Assembly: GCF_009914755.1 (NCBI RefSeq)
Contig: NC_060925.1
Origin: the human T2T-CHM13v2.0 reference genome, Homo sapiens
Reading direction: 5' to 3' (one strand)
Length of the DNA stretch: 64,000 nt
A model generated the notes under the pieces. That model saw only the letters and a list, made by a program, of their open reading frames with translations. It was not told where the DNA came from and ran no database searches. Below, in pieces: positions 1 through 16,730 of the stretch. Numbering within the stretch: position 1 is the first letter of the stretch; the number at the start of each line of letters is the position of its first letter. A program made the position numbers and the translations under genes.

Positions 1-97
1 TTTCCCTCCTTTATGTGTAAGTACACAGAGGTGTGCGTACCATATAGACTAGCCTCCCCTCTGCCACCCCGTTTTTTTTTTTTTTTTTTTTTTTTAC

Positions 98-295
98 CAA
101 GGTTTCTCCCAACACATCGATGGCAGAGCTGGCTTCTCTCAAGGCCTTCTCGGTTAAGGGCTCTGGCTCCCCTAACATGCCTCCCCTCCGAGCATCGCTG
201 ATGTCTGCATTACTCATTTCCGGCTCCACCACTGCCTCCCCATAATGCTTACGAATAGCTGGAAGAGGCCGCTCATCGTAGGGCAGGGACTCTGC
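98..295 (-). CDS. CEP104: CEP104 exon 10 (AESLPYDERPLP...DVLGETL); gene continues beyond left edge
   Basis: 198 nt, cag|GCAGAG acceptor, TTG|gtaaaa donor; phase 0/0; overlaps ORF 11..232. Confidence 0.95.
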
Positions 296-894
296 CTGCA
301 GTGAGTGAAGGAGAGAGGAAAGTGCTGGGGAGCTCCATAGGTCACATTCTCCAGTGCAACTCTCACTGGCAGGCTTACTGCGCTTACTTACCTGATCTGA
401 AAGATGTTATTTTGCTAAATATCAGTATCATCAGATTAGAATAATTTATACAACAAATAGGATGTAATTGAAAAGATTAGATGAGGCTTTCTATTACTTT
501 CTAAACTCATTACAGACCTAATAAAAAAAAGCAAGGTAGATTCCACCTCAATGACTGTTTACTGGTAGCAATTTCAGTTCAACTGACATGGAGACTACTA
601 AAGTAAAGGCTATTACATCTTTTTTTCTGACAAGATCTCTGATATTTTCTTAGTTTATTGCTTAGAAATAAGCATCAAGCCTGATTTTAATAAACATGCT
701 CACAAGGTGTCATTAGGCCTATTCCTTATGTGGCTATGCTCTCACTCAGCACTATGGCTCCTAGAATGGAACAGAGGTGGGTCTGGCTGGGGAGCACTCA
801 TGCACCCCATGCATGGGAACAGCACCTGGCACAACACATGTCCTTTACAAATACCCAAATAAATTGAACGCCAATCTGAAACAGAATTACCTAC

Positions 895-1122
895 ATTGAT
901 CTTTGGATGAGGATCTGTGGCAGGGAGTAACGGGTCTACTGCAGAATGCTGAGGAGAAATAGTTAGAGAATATGATGAAGGCTTTTCCTGAAGGAAAGGT
1001 TCTGCAAACTGGTTTTCTGTTCCTCTTTCTTCCAGTTGTGGTAGTGAGGGCATTGGCTTTTGGTGGCAAGGACTGCCAGAACGAGCGAGGGGCTGGAGGG
1101 GCAAATCAAAAGGTCTTCGCAT
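895..1122 (-). CDS. CEP104: CEP104 exon 9 (MRRPFDLPLQ...HPKIN)
   Basis: 228 nt, ctag|ATGCGA acceptor, AAT|gtaggt donor; ORF 742..1122. Confidence 0.93.
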
Positions 1123-1766
1123 CTAGAGAACAAAAAGGAACATTTAATTTCAAATGCCACTGCCACGCCAGATATATCTATCTCATTCCTTCAGATGAAT
1201 AAGACTTTAGAAAGCTGTGCTGGAAGAGGCTCCTTGGCACAATGAAAAATTTCAAAACCAAAGAGAAACTTCCACAGAGTGAAATCTACTTGAAAGTCCC
1301 ACACAATCAAGTTGCACTCATCTCAGTTGTCTCTCCACATTTCTGTGTTGACTACAAAAGTGACATACACATCCAAAATGCTAGTGAAGGAATGAGCATT
1401 TGTGCATGGAGCATGTCCACACATATGTGCCCCTGCAGGAGCACGGTGGTGTGGAGAAAGCACCTGGGCTGGACCCAAGTGGACTTTTATTCAAAATCTG
1501 GCACTGCTATTCACTGTGTGTACAAAGGAAAGTGATGTTGTGTCATCCCAACAAGCAAAGCTGACTGACCAGTTGCTGCACACTAGGCATGGTACTGAGT
1601 GTTTTGGACAGGTAGGCTCATTAATGCTTACTCTTTTTACCCCCATTTGAAAGCTGATGGAAAACTGAGGCATAAAGCTGATAAGAATTAGTCTGTGATC
1701 ACAGAGCTGGAATGGTGGTGCCCGGATTTGAACCCAGACAGTCCAGCTCCAGAGTGTGCTCTCTTG

Positions 1767-2054
<288 letters not shown>

Positions 2055-2566
2055 TGAGAGTGTGCACTCTCAATCACTATTCCGTATCTCAGAACCTTCA
2101 TTTCCTAATCTGTAACGTGGGCTGAGTGCCCCATTTGCATGAGTTCTAAAATCAGAGGCAGAGCACCTTATGGGAAATATGTTCTCAATACACCGAAGCT
2201 GTTAGCATTACGTTCTCACTTGATCCTTACAACACTGAGGGGTCAGTGGGGCAGGGTCATCACTGCCTTTTCCAAATAAGGAAGCAGCTGGAGAGATGAA
2301 GGGATGCAGCAGAAAAGCAGCAGGGCCTCGGTTTTCCTGACCCCGGTTTGTTCCCTTTCCCACGACTGTGAGTCTCCTGAAAGAACATGCTGAGGCAAAG
2401 CCTCCCTGACGTAGGCACAGAGCTGAGGCCATCCATAACTGTCCCCTGAGCACTGCAGAGTGTTTTACACTACACTTCAAAGACATCTATCCACTGTTGT
2501 GAACCACACAGTTGAATCTCTGTTCTCCTAGGCTTTCCTCCACTCCGTCTGGGCTCCTGCACCCAC

Positions 2567-2722
2567 CAGCTCGGCATCCAGGAGGCTGTGCAGCTCCAGC
2601 TGCTCGTACACCTCGGCACGATACTGCTCCATCTGCTGCTTCTTCTCCTTGGCGAGATCGTAGTCTTCCTTCTCCACGGCACAGCGTTTCTCTACCTCAT
2701 ACCTCCCAAGGCGCTCACCAAC
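2567..2722 (-). CDS. CEP104: CEP104 exon 8, coiled-coil (VGERLGRYEVEKRCAVEKEDYDLAK...AEL)
   Basis: 156 nt, ttcag|GTTGGT, CTG|gtgggt; ORF 2528..2731. Confidence 0.96.
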
Positions 2723-3210
2723 CTGAAGCACAAAATATTTGCTTTTTCTTTCAAATTTGGATCAACTCACATCAAATGCAAAGCTAATTTTTAAGAATCA
2801 CGCGTGAACCGTCTTGCAAGGAGAGGGAGTGAGCACAGGGAAATGGAAGGAATGGGCCACACTCAGCAAAGGTCTGGCTGCTGTTGCTGTATGGGCATTT
2901 AATAAGCCCATGGGTTGGTTATGACTTTCAGGATAGCTGGTTTTCCTATTTTCCCATTGGGCTCAGGGTCCTAGTAACGAGGTAGCTGACCCTGACACCT
3001 GAACGTGAGTCTGAAGAGGTAAAGCTTCTGCTTCCATTTACATTTTTAAAGTGCTTATCTGTCTCCGTAACTTTATTTTGCTGAGATCTTTGAACTCACA
3101 CTAACTTCACGGCTTTTAGTAACTGGTTTCTTTTACCATGTAGTTATTCTAAGTATACATAAAACCTATTACAGGCATAAATTAGGAACTGTTTTCTCCA
3201 AAGGCAATAC

Positions 3211-3379
3211 CTTTTGCAAATCAGCAATGGCTTGTTTTAGTTTCTTGGCATAATCATAGCGTTCCTTTTGGACAGCTTCCCGTTTTCTTTCATCTAATTT
3301 TCGTATGATCTGTGCAACTTCTGGATCTTGGTACATATCAAAAGCTAAGTCATCTAGCGGAGAGATATAGTCAGATTTC
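3211..3379 (-). CDS. CEP104: CEP104 exon 7 (KSDYISPLDDLAFDMYQDPEVAQIIRKL...DLQK)
   Basis: 169 nt, tttag|GAAATC, AAG|gtattg; phase 2/0; ORF 3169..3417. Confidence 0.96.
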
Positions 3380-3630
3380 CTAAAGGGAAGAAATGCATAT
3401 TTTAGAGATAATTTCACGCCCTAGGAGTTCAGTGCTGAAGATGCACGGTTGAGAAGATGCCCCTCCCCATCCTGCCCCATCATGGTTCACAGAGCATTTC
3501 CTGCATGAGAAAACGGGTCTCAGAGAAGTAACGGGCCTCAGGTCACAAAGCTCTTAATTGCAAGCAGGCCTTTCTGACTCCAAAGCTCACGCTCTTGACC
3601 ATGGACCAAACTGCACTTCAGGGCATCTGA

Positions 3631-4442
<812 letters not shown>

Positions 4443-5685
4443 AGCATCACAGTATTTTTGATGAACATGATAGGTTAAGAATTGCTACCACTGAGGTTTT
4501 ACTCAAAGGGTTAAGTTGTATGGTGTCAACCATCATATCCTAGAGGAGATCAAAAACATTCCTTCAGAAATAAGTGATCTTTTGTAGTCACCTGAATAGC
4601 TCATTTCTGATTAAATATGACCTCTATTCCTCCTTTCCAGCTCTACAGTAGGGTCTAGAATGTAAACAGTAAAGTTAGTCTCACCAAGCAACGAGAGGAT
4701 GAGGATGGAAGTGTCCCAGCTGCTGTATCAACCCCATTAAACAAGCCAGCTGCTTACGGCGACTTGAACACCCTTCGAGACAGGTACGTTTTAATGAAAA
4801 CACTTGTCGTAAAAGTGTACTTGGTGAATCTGTATTATAATGAATTCAAGTGGGGCATAGGAATAGGCCCCCTTTAAGCACTCACAGCCCCCCTCTGGCA
4901 TCTCCCCACCCTTGAGGTCACGGTACTTCGCTCACAGCAGCACCACAGGCTGGCGGCTGGGACGGCACCAGCAGCTCTGAACTGTGTCTAATCCCAGGGG
5001 TGACTAAACAGCGAAACATTTTGGGGTGTCTACAAGATCACATTAACTATTTTTAGTGTAACACATATGACACTTTAAGTCACGTTGCCTTGCTGTCCCA
5101 GAGATGAACACAAAGACTTCATTTGATTATAAAAATCCTTCAAAGTGAACATCATGTCCTGTGGTACCCAGTCCCAGCTCCTGTTGATTCAGCAGCAGCG
5201 TGGGGTGCCATCTACCCACTTTGGTACAGAACCCCCAGCGGCAATGACCGGATTCCATGTCCAGCACAGGCCCGCACGTGCCAGTCACACAGCTTTTCCC
5301 AGTCCTTGCACTTAACCTTCATAAAACCCCGGGCGTGGGGCAGGACAGGCAAACCACAGCCTGCCATCCCACCTGGCTGATTGGATTAAGGCAACAGATT
5401 TAAAGTCTAAATCAAAATAACAGAAAGAAGCTTTATTGGAGATACTGAGAAACTAAAGACTTAATCAGTTTGGTTGTTCCTGCCCTACTGCACTTGCTTC
5501 AGTAAGGGCAGAGCCCCAGCTGCGGTCTTTGCGGAGAGGCTGGCAGGAGGGAGGTAGCCATCCACTCTCAGCGCTCCTTCCCCACAGTGCTTCCATCCAA
5601 TTGCCAGCTTGAAGGATGGGAAGAGTACTGTGATTTTTCTATTACACAAAGGAGGCATCTGAGGGAGAGACTGAGAAGCTGGTGT

Positions 5686-5975
<290 letters not shown>

Positions 5976-6306
5976 CTTGGTGTTATTTTTTTATAGACAT
6001 TACATGAATAGCCTCTACTCTCTGAGCACTCCACACTCACAAGTGCCTGTGACAGCTCTGGTCTGCACCAGGCCTGTGGGGAGGCGGTGTAGCCTCTGCA
6101 GGAGGGAAGGCTCGCTGTCCACCAGTGCACATGCTCAGCAAATCGCATGTGGCTCCTGAGCAACTGCAGAGAGAATCTGATCCAGGTTGTGTGCAAATAG
6201 AAGAGCCTGGATCAAGAATTAATCACTTTCTGCGAGCAGTCTGTATGCAGGTAAAAGTGAAATTACACCAAACACGGACAAATTTGAAATTTCTATTAAA
6301 GTTTAA

Positions 6307-7657
<1,351 letters not shown>

Positions 7658-7923
7658 AAAATTGTGTTTTTAAAAACGTATGTGATACATATTTTTCACT
7701 CCTCTAAAGAATAAACTTTTGAAGAGGCCATAAGGTGATGTCTCTAGAACTGATAACCTGGGTCCATTAATATCTTTGATTTTTACCATGAATTTGCTTG
7801 TGCTGATAAAATATCAAAGGACGGCTGACAGATCTTTGTTCTAAACGCATTTTAGGAAACTTCTAGTGATACCTGAACACAAGAAAGGAAGTAGTCTCTG
7901 CTGAGCAATAAATGAAGGTGTGT

Positions 7924-8329
<406 letters not shown>

Positions 8330-8519
8330 TAAATGCAGGTGTGCTAAATAAAACAGCGACCTTAATCTTTATGTAAATTTCAGACAATCCAATCAGTGGC
8401 TTATCCAGCTCTAAACTGAATTTAGAGGCTCTAAGTCCAGAATCCTTTGGAAATGACTGACCCTTTCAGGATTCTGAGGAAAGTAAAAGAAGTTCATTGA
8501 TGGGGAGCAGGACTCTTAC

Positions 8520-8596
8520 CTGGCGTACGTTCCTTCTAGAGCAGGGTCCTCGCTGTTGTGCCCAAGGTAGTGGTCAATCAACTTCTCTCGAGAGGC
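8520..8596 (-). CDS. CEP104: CEP104 exon 6 (ASREKLIDHYLGHNSEDPALEGTYA)
   Basis: 77 nt, aag|GCCTCT, CAG|gtaaga; phase 0/2 fits neighbours. Confidence 0.93.
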
Positions 8597-8901
8597 CTTT
8601 GGGGGCAAAACATCTGCTTAGTGTCTCAGAGAGAAAGAGGAACAACACAAAACCTTAACTACAAGATTTATTTCATATAAAGCTGTCAGCAAGGTTCAGT
8701 GATCCTCATCTTTTGGAGAGACAGCTAAAACTGTTAAAGAAAAGTTTCATATGCTACAGCTCCTAAAAATCATCTGAAAGTTATTCACTAGTCAATTTTA
8801 TGCAGATTATAAAAATGACATATTTTTTGGGTGAAAATAAATGACTCCCTCCCATTATAAATAGATTTACTTCCTTAGGAATTAAAACTTTCCAAACTTA
8901 C

Positions 8902-8964
8902 AGTATTGCTTTCATCACTGAAATCTGCAGGGTCTCCAATGATATTTATGGCAACCAAAGCAAC
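8902..8964 (-). CDS. CEP104: CEP104 exon 5 (VALVAINIIGDPADFSDESNT)
   Basis: 63 nt, cttag|GTTGCT, ACT|gtaagt. Confidence 0.93.
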
Positions 8965-9021
8965 CTAAGAAAGTGTTAAAATAACAGAATTAAATATACA
9001 ATGTTTGAAATGACTTAACCC

Positions 9022-9713
<692 letters not shown>

Positions 9714-9918
9714 TCAAATCATAATAGCTAAAAACTCCCAAAGTTTTAACATAGCCTCATAATGAGACATCCACGTGAGATTCAGTATGGAGCTCATCTT
9801 TGAAGGATCTTGGGAAATTAGACAATGAAAAGTTAACACAGCTCAGTTCCCAGCTGGTGAGTCTCACCTGAGGTGGGGAGTCACTTTTCCATCCTGCACC
9901 CCCAACCACTGTAGACTA

Positions 9919-10201
9919 ACCCCACACCGCTTCCAAAAATGCAAAGGTTCAAGACAGGCACATTTGGGGCAGGAGGGCAGCTGGCACAAACTGGGAAACC
10001 GAGCAAGTTTTGAAATGAAATTTTTTAGTCTTTCATGTCAGTGAAGTGCTGCTTTAGATAGTTACTGCTTTTAAATGCAGGGCACATATATTATCATTCA
10101 TGACGAGATTATCTGAACATAAGGACAATAAATAATCTATTATTTAAAAATCTTTATTAAAAAAACAAAACTCCAAACTGTTTAAAGAAAACCAAGACAA
10201 C
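9919..10201. repeat. ~285-bp direct duplication, copy A (CEP104 intron 4)
   Basis: About 95% identical by eye to 13196-13480. Confidence 0.95.
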
Positions 10202-10632
10202 AGCCAGGTCATTGCTGGTAAATACATGCAGGTGGGTGGAGGAAGGAACAGGGTTAAGACTCATTCTTCTGGCTTCCTGGCGTGTTATGCTGCAAGGGGC
10301 CAGGCAGCTTAATTGGACCTTTGCGCTCTTGTCCAGCTCACCCGCTTGGTCTAGAGATTTGATTTGCTGGGTGCTCACATTCCTCTTGGAGGGGGCAGGG
10401 AGAGTTGTAAATGCTTGTGCTAATTAACAAGATTGCTTTGGACACAATTGATTTCTACTACACTAATCATGTGAGAAAAAGAAAAAAAGAAGGAAAGAAA
10501 GGGAGGGAGGAAGGAAGAGATGAAGAATTAGCAGCCTGAAGCTGGAGAGATTCTGGATTACATGCAACATTCATGTGTCCACAATTTCCACCAGGGAATT
10601 TACCTTGTGCACGTTGGGAGGGTTTATTTACA

Positions 10633-10938
10633 ACTGTGCTGTCCTACACAAATAGGATGTGAGCCACATATGTCATTAAGGTTAAGTAGGCACATTAAAA
10701 AATTTAAAAATGCAATTAATTTTAAAAATATAGGTTAACACAACATATCCAAAATATTATCATTTCATCACATACAATTGACATAAAAGTTCTCATGAAC
10801 TCTTTCGCGTTCTCCTTTTGTACTGAGTCTCTGAAGCCCACTGTCTGGTGATGCTGGCAGCAGCTCTGGGCACTAGGCCAGTTCGTGGTGGGCACTGGCC
10901 ACGTGTGCCCAGAGGCTGCTGGATCAGACAGCACAGCT
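10633..10938. mobile_element. hAT-Charlie DNA transposon fossil (MER33-like)
   Basis: ctgtgctgtc...gacagcacag inverted ends; atatccaaaatattatcatttca core. Confidence 0.6.
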
Positions 10939-11077
10939 CAGAGAGCTCAGCAGTCTCCCAGAAGAGATCCTCTCTTATAAGATCACCTTGAAAATGCATC
11001 TAAGAAAAGATACGTGACCACATAATCCCACAAAGAAGGTAGGGGCAGAATCAAAGGCGAAGCTGCATGCATCTTAC

Positions 11078-11216
11078 CTGATTATATATGTTGTATTTGT
11101 TGACATGGTTTTGGTGAAAAATCAGTTTAAGAAATTGTCCTACTGCATCCACATAAACTGATTTTAGTTCCCGGGCTTTGCAACCTGTCTTTTCATTATC
11201 ACAGAGAGACACGTAG
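11078..11216 (-). CDS. CEP104: CEP104 exon 4, jelly-roll domain (YVSLCDNEKTGCKARELKSV...YNIYNQ)
   Basis: 139 nt, ttcag|CTACGT, CAG|gtaaga; ORF 11051..11302. Confidence 0.96.
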
Positions 11217-11363
11217 CTGAAAAACAAAACACAACTGAAGAATTTGAAAATGTGTTGTTCAATAAAACTGCTCCCTACTCTGATTGAACTCAATAGGCTC
11301 ATTTATGTTTATTGTTTTATTTTTTAAAGCTAGACTACCCCTATGCAGGATCAACAGGTTTGA

Positions 11364-12200
<837 letters not shown>

Positions 12201-12210
12201 TCATTCTTAC

Positions 12211-12384
12211 CCAAGTCTTCGAAACCGCTCTGCTTGATAGGGTGCAAAATATTCAGGCAAGCTTTCACTAATGTAGAACTCAATTTTACTTGAAATCATA
12301 TACTGGTGAGCAAGTAACTGCAGTTTCCTTATTCGACATCTCTCCACCATTTGAAGGACAATTTCTTGTGGAAACTGGCAAAAT
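12211..12384 (-). CDS. CEP104: CEP104 exon 3, jelly-roll domain (FCQFPQEIVLQMVERCRIRKLQLLAHQY...FRRLG)
   Basis: 174 nt, ttcag|ATTTTG, TGG|gtaaga; ORF 12207..12539. Confidence 0.96.
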
Positions 12385-12869
12385 CTGAAAGCAAACACAT
12401 TTTTATATTTTCTGAACAACTTCTGCAGAGGGTTTCTAGATGCTAGCATCTCATTCTTGCAGGTAAGAAGCATTAACCACACACCCACTTTGAACAGAAC
12501 AGTCTGTAGGTACTGATGGTACAAAGATGCCTGCGACATGATTCCTGTTCTCTCGAGCTTTTCTTGTTGGAGCTGAAGCTGGGAATTAAAATTTGACTTG
12601 ATCTGCCTGTAACCCTATAGGAATCATACTCTTGGCAGCTAGTAAATGGTCTGATGTGAAACCTGCAGTTTTTCATAAGATAAATCAATCTTATGAGGCG
12701 GCACTAGTGCGCAGGACGGAGCCAAAGGATTTTCCACAGGAACTCAAATGCTTAAGGGCCCCAAGGTATCAATATTTAAGGAGTGCCTGCCTTCCACGCA
12801 TAGTGGTCTAGGGAGACAAGCCTATGCTATGGGCCATGCTGGAGCTTCTTTGCTCAAAAGTGACATAAC

Positions 12870-13132
12870 TTTTTTTTTTTTTTTTTTGGGAAAAGGTCTC
12901 GCTCTGTCACCCAGGCTGCAGCGGTGTGATTATGGCTCACTGCATCTTTGATCTCCTGGGCTCAAGTGACCCTCCTACCTCAGCCTCCTGAGGAGTTGGG
13001 ACCACAGGTGTGTGCCACTGTGCCTGGCTAAAATTTTGCCCAGGCTGGTCTTGAACTCCTGGGCTCAGGGGATCCTCCCCCTTCGGCCTCCCAAAGTGCT
13101 GTGATTACAGGTGTGAGCCACTGGGCCCAGCC
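12870..13132 (-). mobile_element. AluJ-like element with internal deletion
   Basis: Alu consensus. Confidence 0.85.
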
Positions 13133-13195
13133 CAAAAGTAACACAACGTATTAAATAACTAAGAGTTGGGTAGAGAATCACAGCAGTCAGCAAAG

Positions 13196-13480
13196 ACCCC
13201 ACACTGCTTCCAAAAATGCAAAAGTTCAAGACAGGCACATTTGGGGCAGGAGGGCAGCTGGCACAAATTGGGAAACCGAGCAACTTTTGAAATGAAATTC
13301 TTTAGTCTTTCATGTCAGTAAAGTGCTGCTTTAGATAGTTACTGCTTTTAAATACAGGGCACATATATTATCATTCATGGCGAGATTATCTGAACATAAG
13401 GACAATAAGTAATCCATTAGTTAAAAATCTTTATTAAAAAAAAAAAAACTCCAAAACTGTTTAAAGAAAACCAAGACAAC
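13196..13480. repeat. ~285-bp direct duplication, copy B (CEP104 intron 2)
   Basis: About 95% identical by eye to 9919-10201. Confidence 0.95.
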
Positions 13481-13503
13481 CGGCAAAGCTTTGAAGTTGT
13501 ATA

Positions 13504-13798
13504 CAGTCATGCACTGCATGAGACAGCGGTCCCATAAGATGACAACACTGTATTTTGACTTAGCTTTTCTATGTTTAGATATACAGATACCTACTTGTGT
13601 TACACTTGCTACCGTGTTCAGCACTATCACGTGCTGTACAGGTTTGCAGCCCAGGAGCAATAGGCTATGCCACAGAGCCTAGGTGTGTAGCAGTAGGCTG
13701 TACCATCTGGGTTTGAGGGCACTCTAGGTGTTCGATGAAATCGACTGATGATGCATTTCTCAGAAAGAATGTCCCCATGATTGAGTGATGTAGGACTG
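13504..13798. mobile_element. TcMar-Tigger fossil (Tigger3/MER7-like)
   Basis: TA-flanked cagtc...gactg ends; aggagcaataggctat..cctaggtgtgtag internal motif. Confidence 0.7.
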
Positions 13799-15897
13799 TA
13801 CTTTAAAAAATCCTTCCAAAAAGGGCCTATGATTTAGCTACTCAAATGTAGCTGATGAACACTTTATAGATGAATCAAAAATACCTTTCAAGCTGCATAT
13901 GAAAAGAAACCACACAGCTAAAAAGGCTAGTATGCATTTATCCCTTCAAGATAAATTGACAGATACAGATTTTTTAAACTAAAAATAATTTGACAACCAA
14001 AAAAATGGATGCCCAGGGGCTACGGTTGGTGCAAACTTTACGGTTTCTTGGAAAAACGTCTTGCTCTGAAGGCTTCAGGCTCTCTGAATTCTGAGGTCAC
14101 ATGAACGGCACTGGGGGTCTCCCTATATCTCTTTAACCGCCCCGTCAGTGTCTCTCCTGGAAGTGCATCAATCTATGCCCTGAGCTCCGACGTAGAGGGT
14201 CCCACATTTTCTATGACCTGTGGTAACAGGGTGCCTTGTACTGTCATTGGGAGGCTCGGCTTCAGGGTATCCTCCTTTGTCTTTCTGCGATGTGCCTGAC
14301 CTCAGGGAAGTCAAGAGACCCCGAGCCAAACCCAGTGGGAGTCTGTGGTGACCAAGGGCACACAGATCCTTTTCTTGGGTACATCCTCTGAAAGCACGTT
14401 ACTGAAGTGAGTGTAGGTTATGCCCTTTAAAGCAATACCATGTCAATGCACAAGAGAACCATACTGGTGTGATTTTTATAACTACTACCAAAAAGGGTGG
14501 CTGTGTGTATACTTGAGAATCTTCAATCCCCAAATAACACGGAACATGTGCTGTGAGCGTACAGGACCTCTGCAGAGGGATGCTCCTGCCTGGGAGAGGC
14601 ATGAGCAGGGTCATGGGGAGTCTGGGAGGAGAGGGCGGAGCGCTGGGCTGCCCCCGTGGGTGTGCTCCTCCTCCTGCCCTCCAGCCACAGGCTGGACCGT
14701 GTTAATGCTGCCTGCATGGGCAGTGCATCGGCCACGGCCTGGGCAGTATCAGGACGCTGGCTCGCCTGCAATCCCAGCTCTGCGGGTGACAAAGGCGCTG
14801 TCTGGCCCCTTCTGCTTGACTCTTGCTTCATTTCTCAGTTCATTCAGAACTCACTTCCGGGAAATGCAGGGACAGGGGGTCTTATTTGTTGCATCTCCTC
14901 AAAAACTCCAAAAGGAAAATACATTTTAATTGTAAATGAGATTTACATTCAATTTTCAGCAACTTGACTTCTGAATAAAAGCAAGACAGAATTATATCAC
15001 TGAATTTAAAATGCCATACATATTTACGCGTTCGCGGGTTAGGAATAAATAGTAACTTCTCAGGCTTGAAAGCAAGTCATGAAAAGCACAGAGCTGACGA
15101 GGTGGGATGGGGTGGAGGGTGGGTTTTTATTCACATGACTGAGGGCGGAGGGCAGATGCCAAGTGAGTGCATGAAGGGGCTCAGCTGTAAAGACCAAAGC
15201 AGCAGAGGCAAAAAGACTTCAATGTTTTAGGAAAATAATCAAGCAAAACACTCATCTAATGAACATTTGTTTTGAGACAGCATCTTACTTGGTCACTCAG
15301 GCTGGAGTGCATGGCTATCACAGCTCATGGCAGCCTTGGACTTCTGGGCTCAAGGGATCCTCCTGTCTCAGCATCCTGAGTAGCTGGGACTGCAGGCGGG
15401 AGCCACTGTGCCCAATTGAACATTTTAATAAAGTATACGCGTGTTTAAGAGAAATGTGAAAGACATATCTTTTGGTTAAAGCTTGGTGTCATATAAAAAC
15501 AGTTAGACACACACTCTTTCAGCACAGGAGCCCAACTGTAAAAGCAAAAAAAGCTGCACTCACAATCTCTGCACAGAAACTTGATGAGAATGTGCAGCCC
15601 AGCGTGCGATCAGGGAGTATGGTTAGACAGTTACGGGGCCTCATTTCTCTTCCTTCTCCTCCACATTTGCACATCTTCTTAAGGGAGTGTGGGTGAATGT
15701 TATAAGGGAAAGAGGGTCAACATATTTTCTTTAAAAATATAAACAGAAAGAGATGCCCGACACTGCACGCTGACATCCTTGGTCCTGATGTCCGAGTGAT
15801 AGTAAAATCTGAGGCTCTGAATGAAAGGAGCCCCTGTACCCTCCTCAGGGACCCGAGGCTGCCTCCCAGCCCAAGCCCCGCCCCGTCCAGTCCTCAC

Positions 15898-16010
15898 CTA
15901 GGTGACCGCCACCCACTGACAGTTGGCGCGTGGATCATGAGCTCCCGGGCACTGAAGCCGTCTTCGTGTCCAGATGAGCTGACGACTACAAATCCAATCT
16001 TGTGGGGCAT
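15898..16010 (-). CDS. CEP104: CEP104 exon 2 coding part, start codon (MPHKIGFVVVSSSGHEDGFSARELMIHAPTVSGWRSP); exon starts at 16024
   Basis: ATG at 16010, acceptor acag| before 16024, TAG|gtgagg donor; recognised CEP104 N-terminus. Confidence 0.96.
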
Positions 16011-16271
16011 TCTGCACGTTTGGGCTGTTTATAAGAGCAGGAAAAACTTCTTTAAAACAAAGGAATTCACTAACACATGGACATTTAAAGGGTTGGTTCA
16101 TGCCTTGCTAACACACACAATAATGCACTAAGTATTCAGAATTTTCCCATCTCTTTGAAAAGAGTCTATTTTTTTTTGTTAAACACTTTTATAGATGCTT
16201 CTGGTTCTGCTTAAGATATCATTTAAGTTATCTTGACTTTTCCCAAATATGTGTCCAAAAAGTTTGACCGG

Positions 16272-16730
16272 TGCTGTGGATTGTGCTCCCCAAAAGGATA
16301 CGCTGAAGTTCCACCTGTGGTACCTGTGAAGGAGACCTCATTTGAAAATAGGGTCTCTGTGGGTGTGGTCTAGTTAAAATGAGGTCCTCGGGGTGGGCCC
16401 AATCCAACGTGACTTTTAAGAAGGGAAGAGACACAGCCACACAAAGGGAGAGCGCCATGTGGTGACAGAGGCAGAGACCGGAGCAACGCATCTCTAAGCG
16501 GGCCGGCCAAGGACGGCCGAGGATGGCCAGCAGGCGCCCAAGGTTAGGAAGAAGCCAGGAGGGATCCTGCCCTACAGCCTCCAGAGCGAGAGTGCAGCCC
16601 TGCCCATGCAGCCATCTGACTTCTGCCTCCAGAATGAATTTCTGGTGTTTTAAGCCATCTAGTTTATGATATTTTGCTATGTCTAGAATATAAACACAAA
16701 CTTCTTTCTATTAGTTAGGAAACTAATACA
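16272..16730 (+). mobile_element. MaLR LTR (MLT1-type)
   Basis: tg start, aaatagggtct..ttaaaatgaggtc motif, aggaaactaataca end. Confidence 0.75.
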
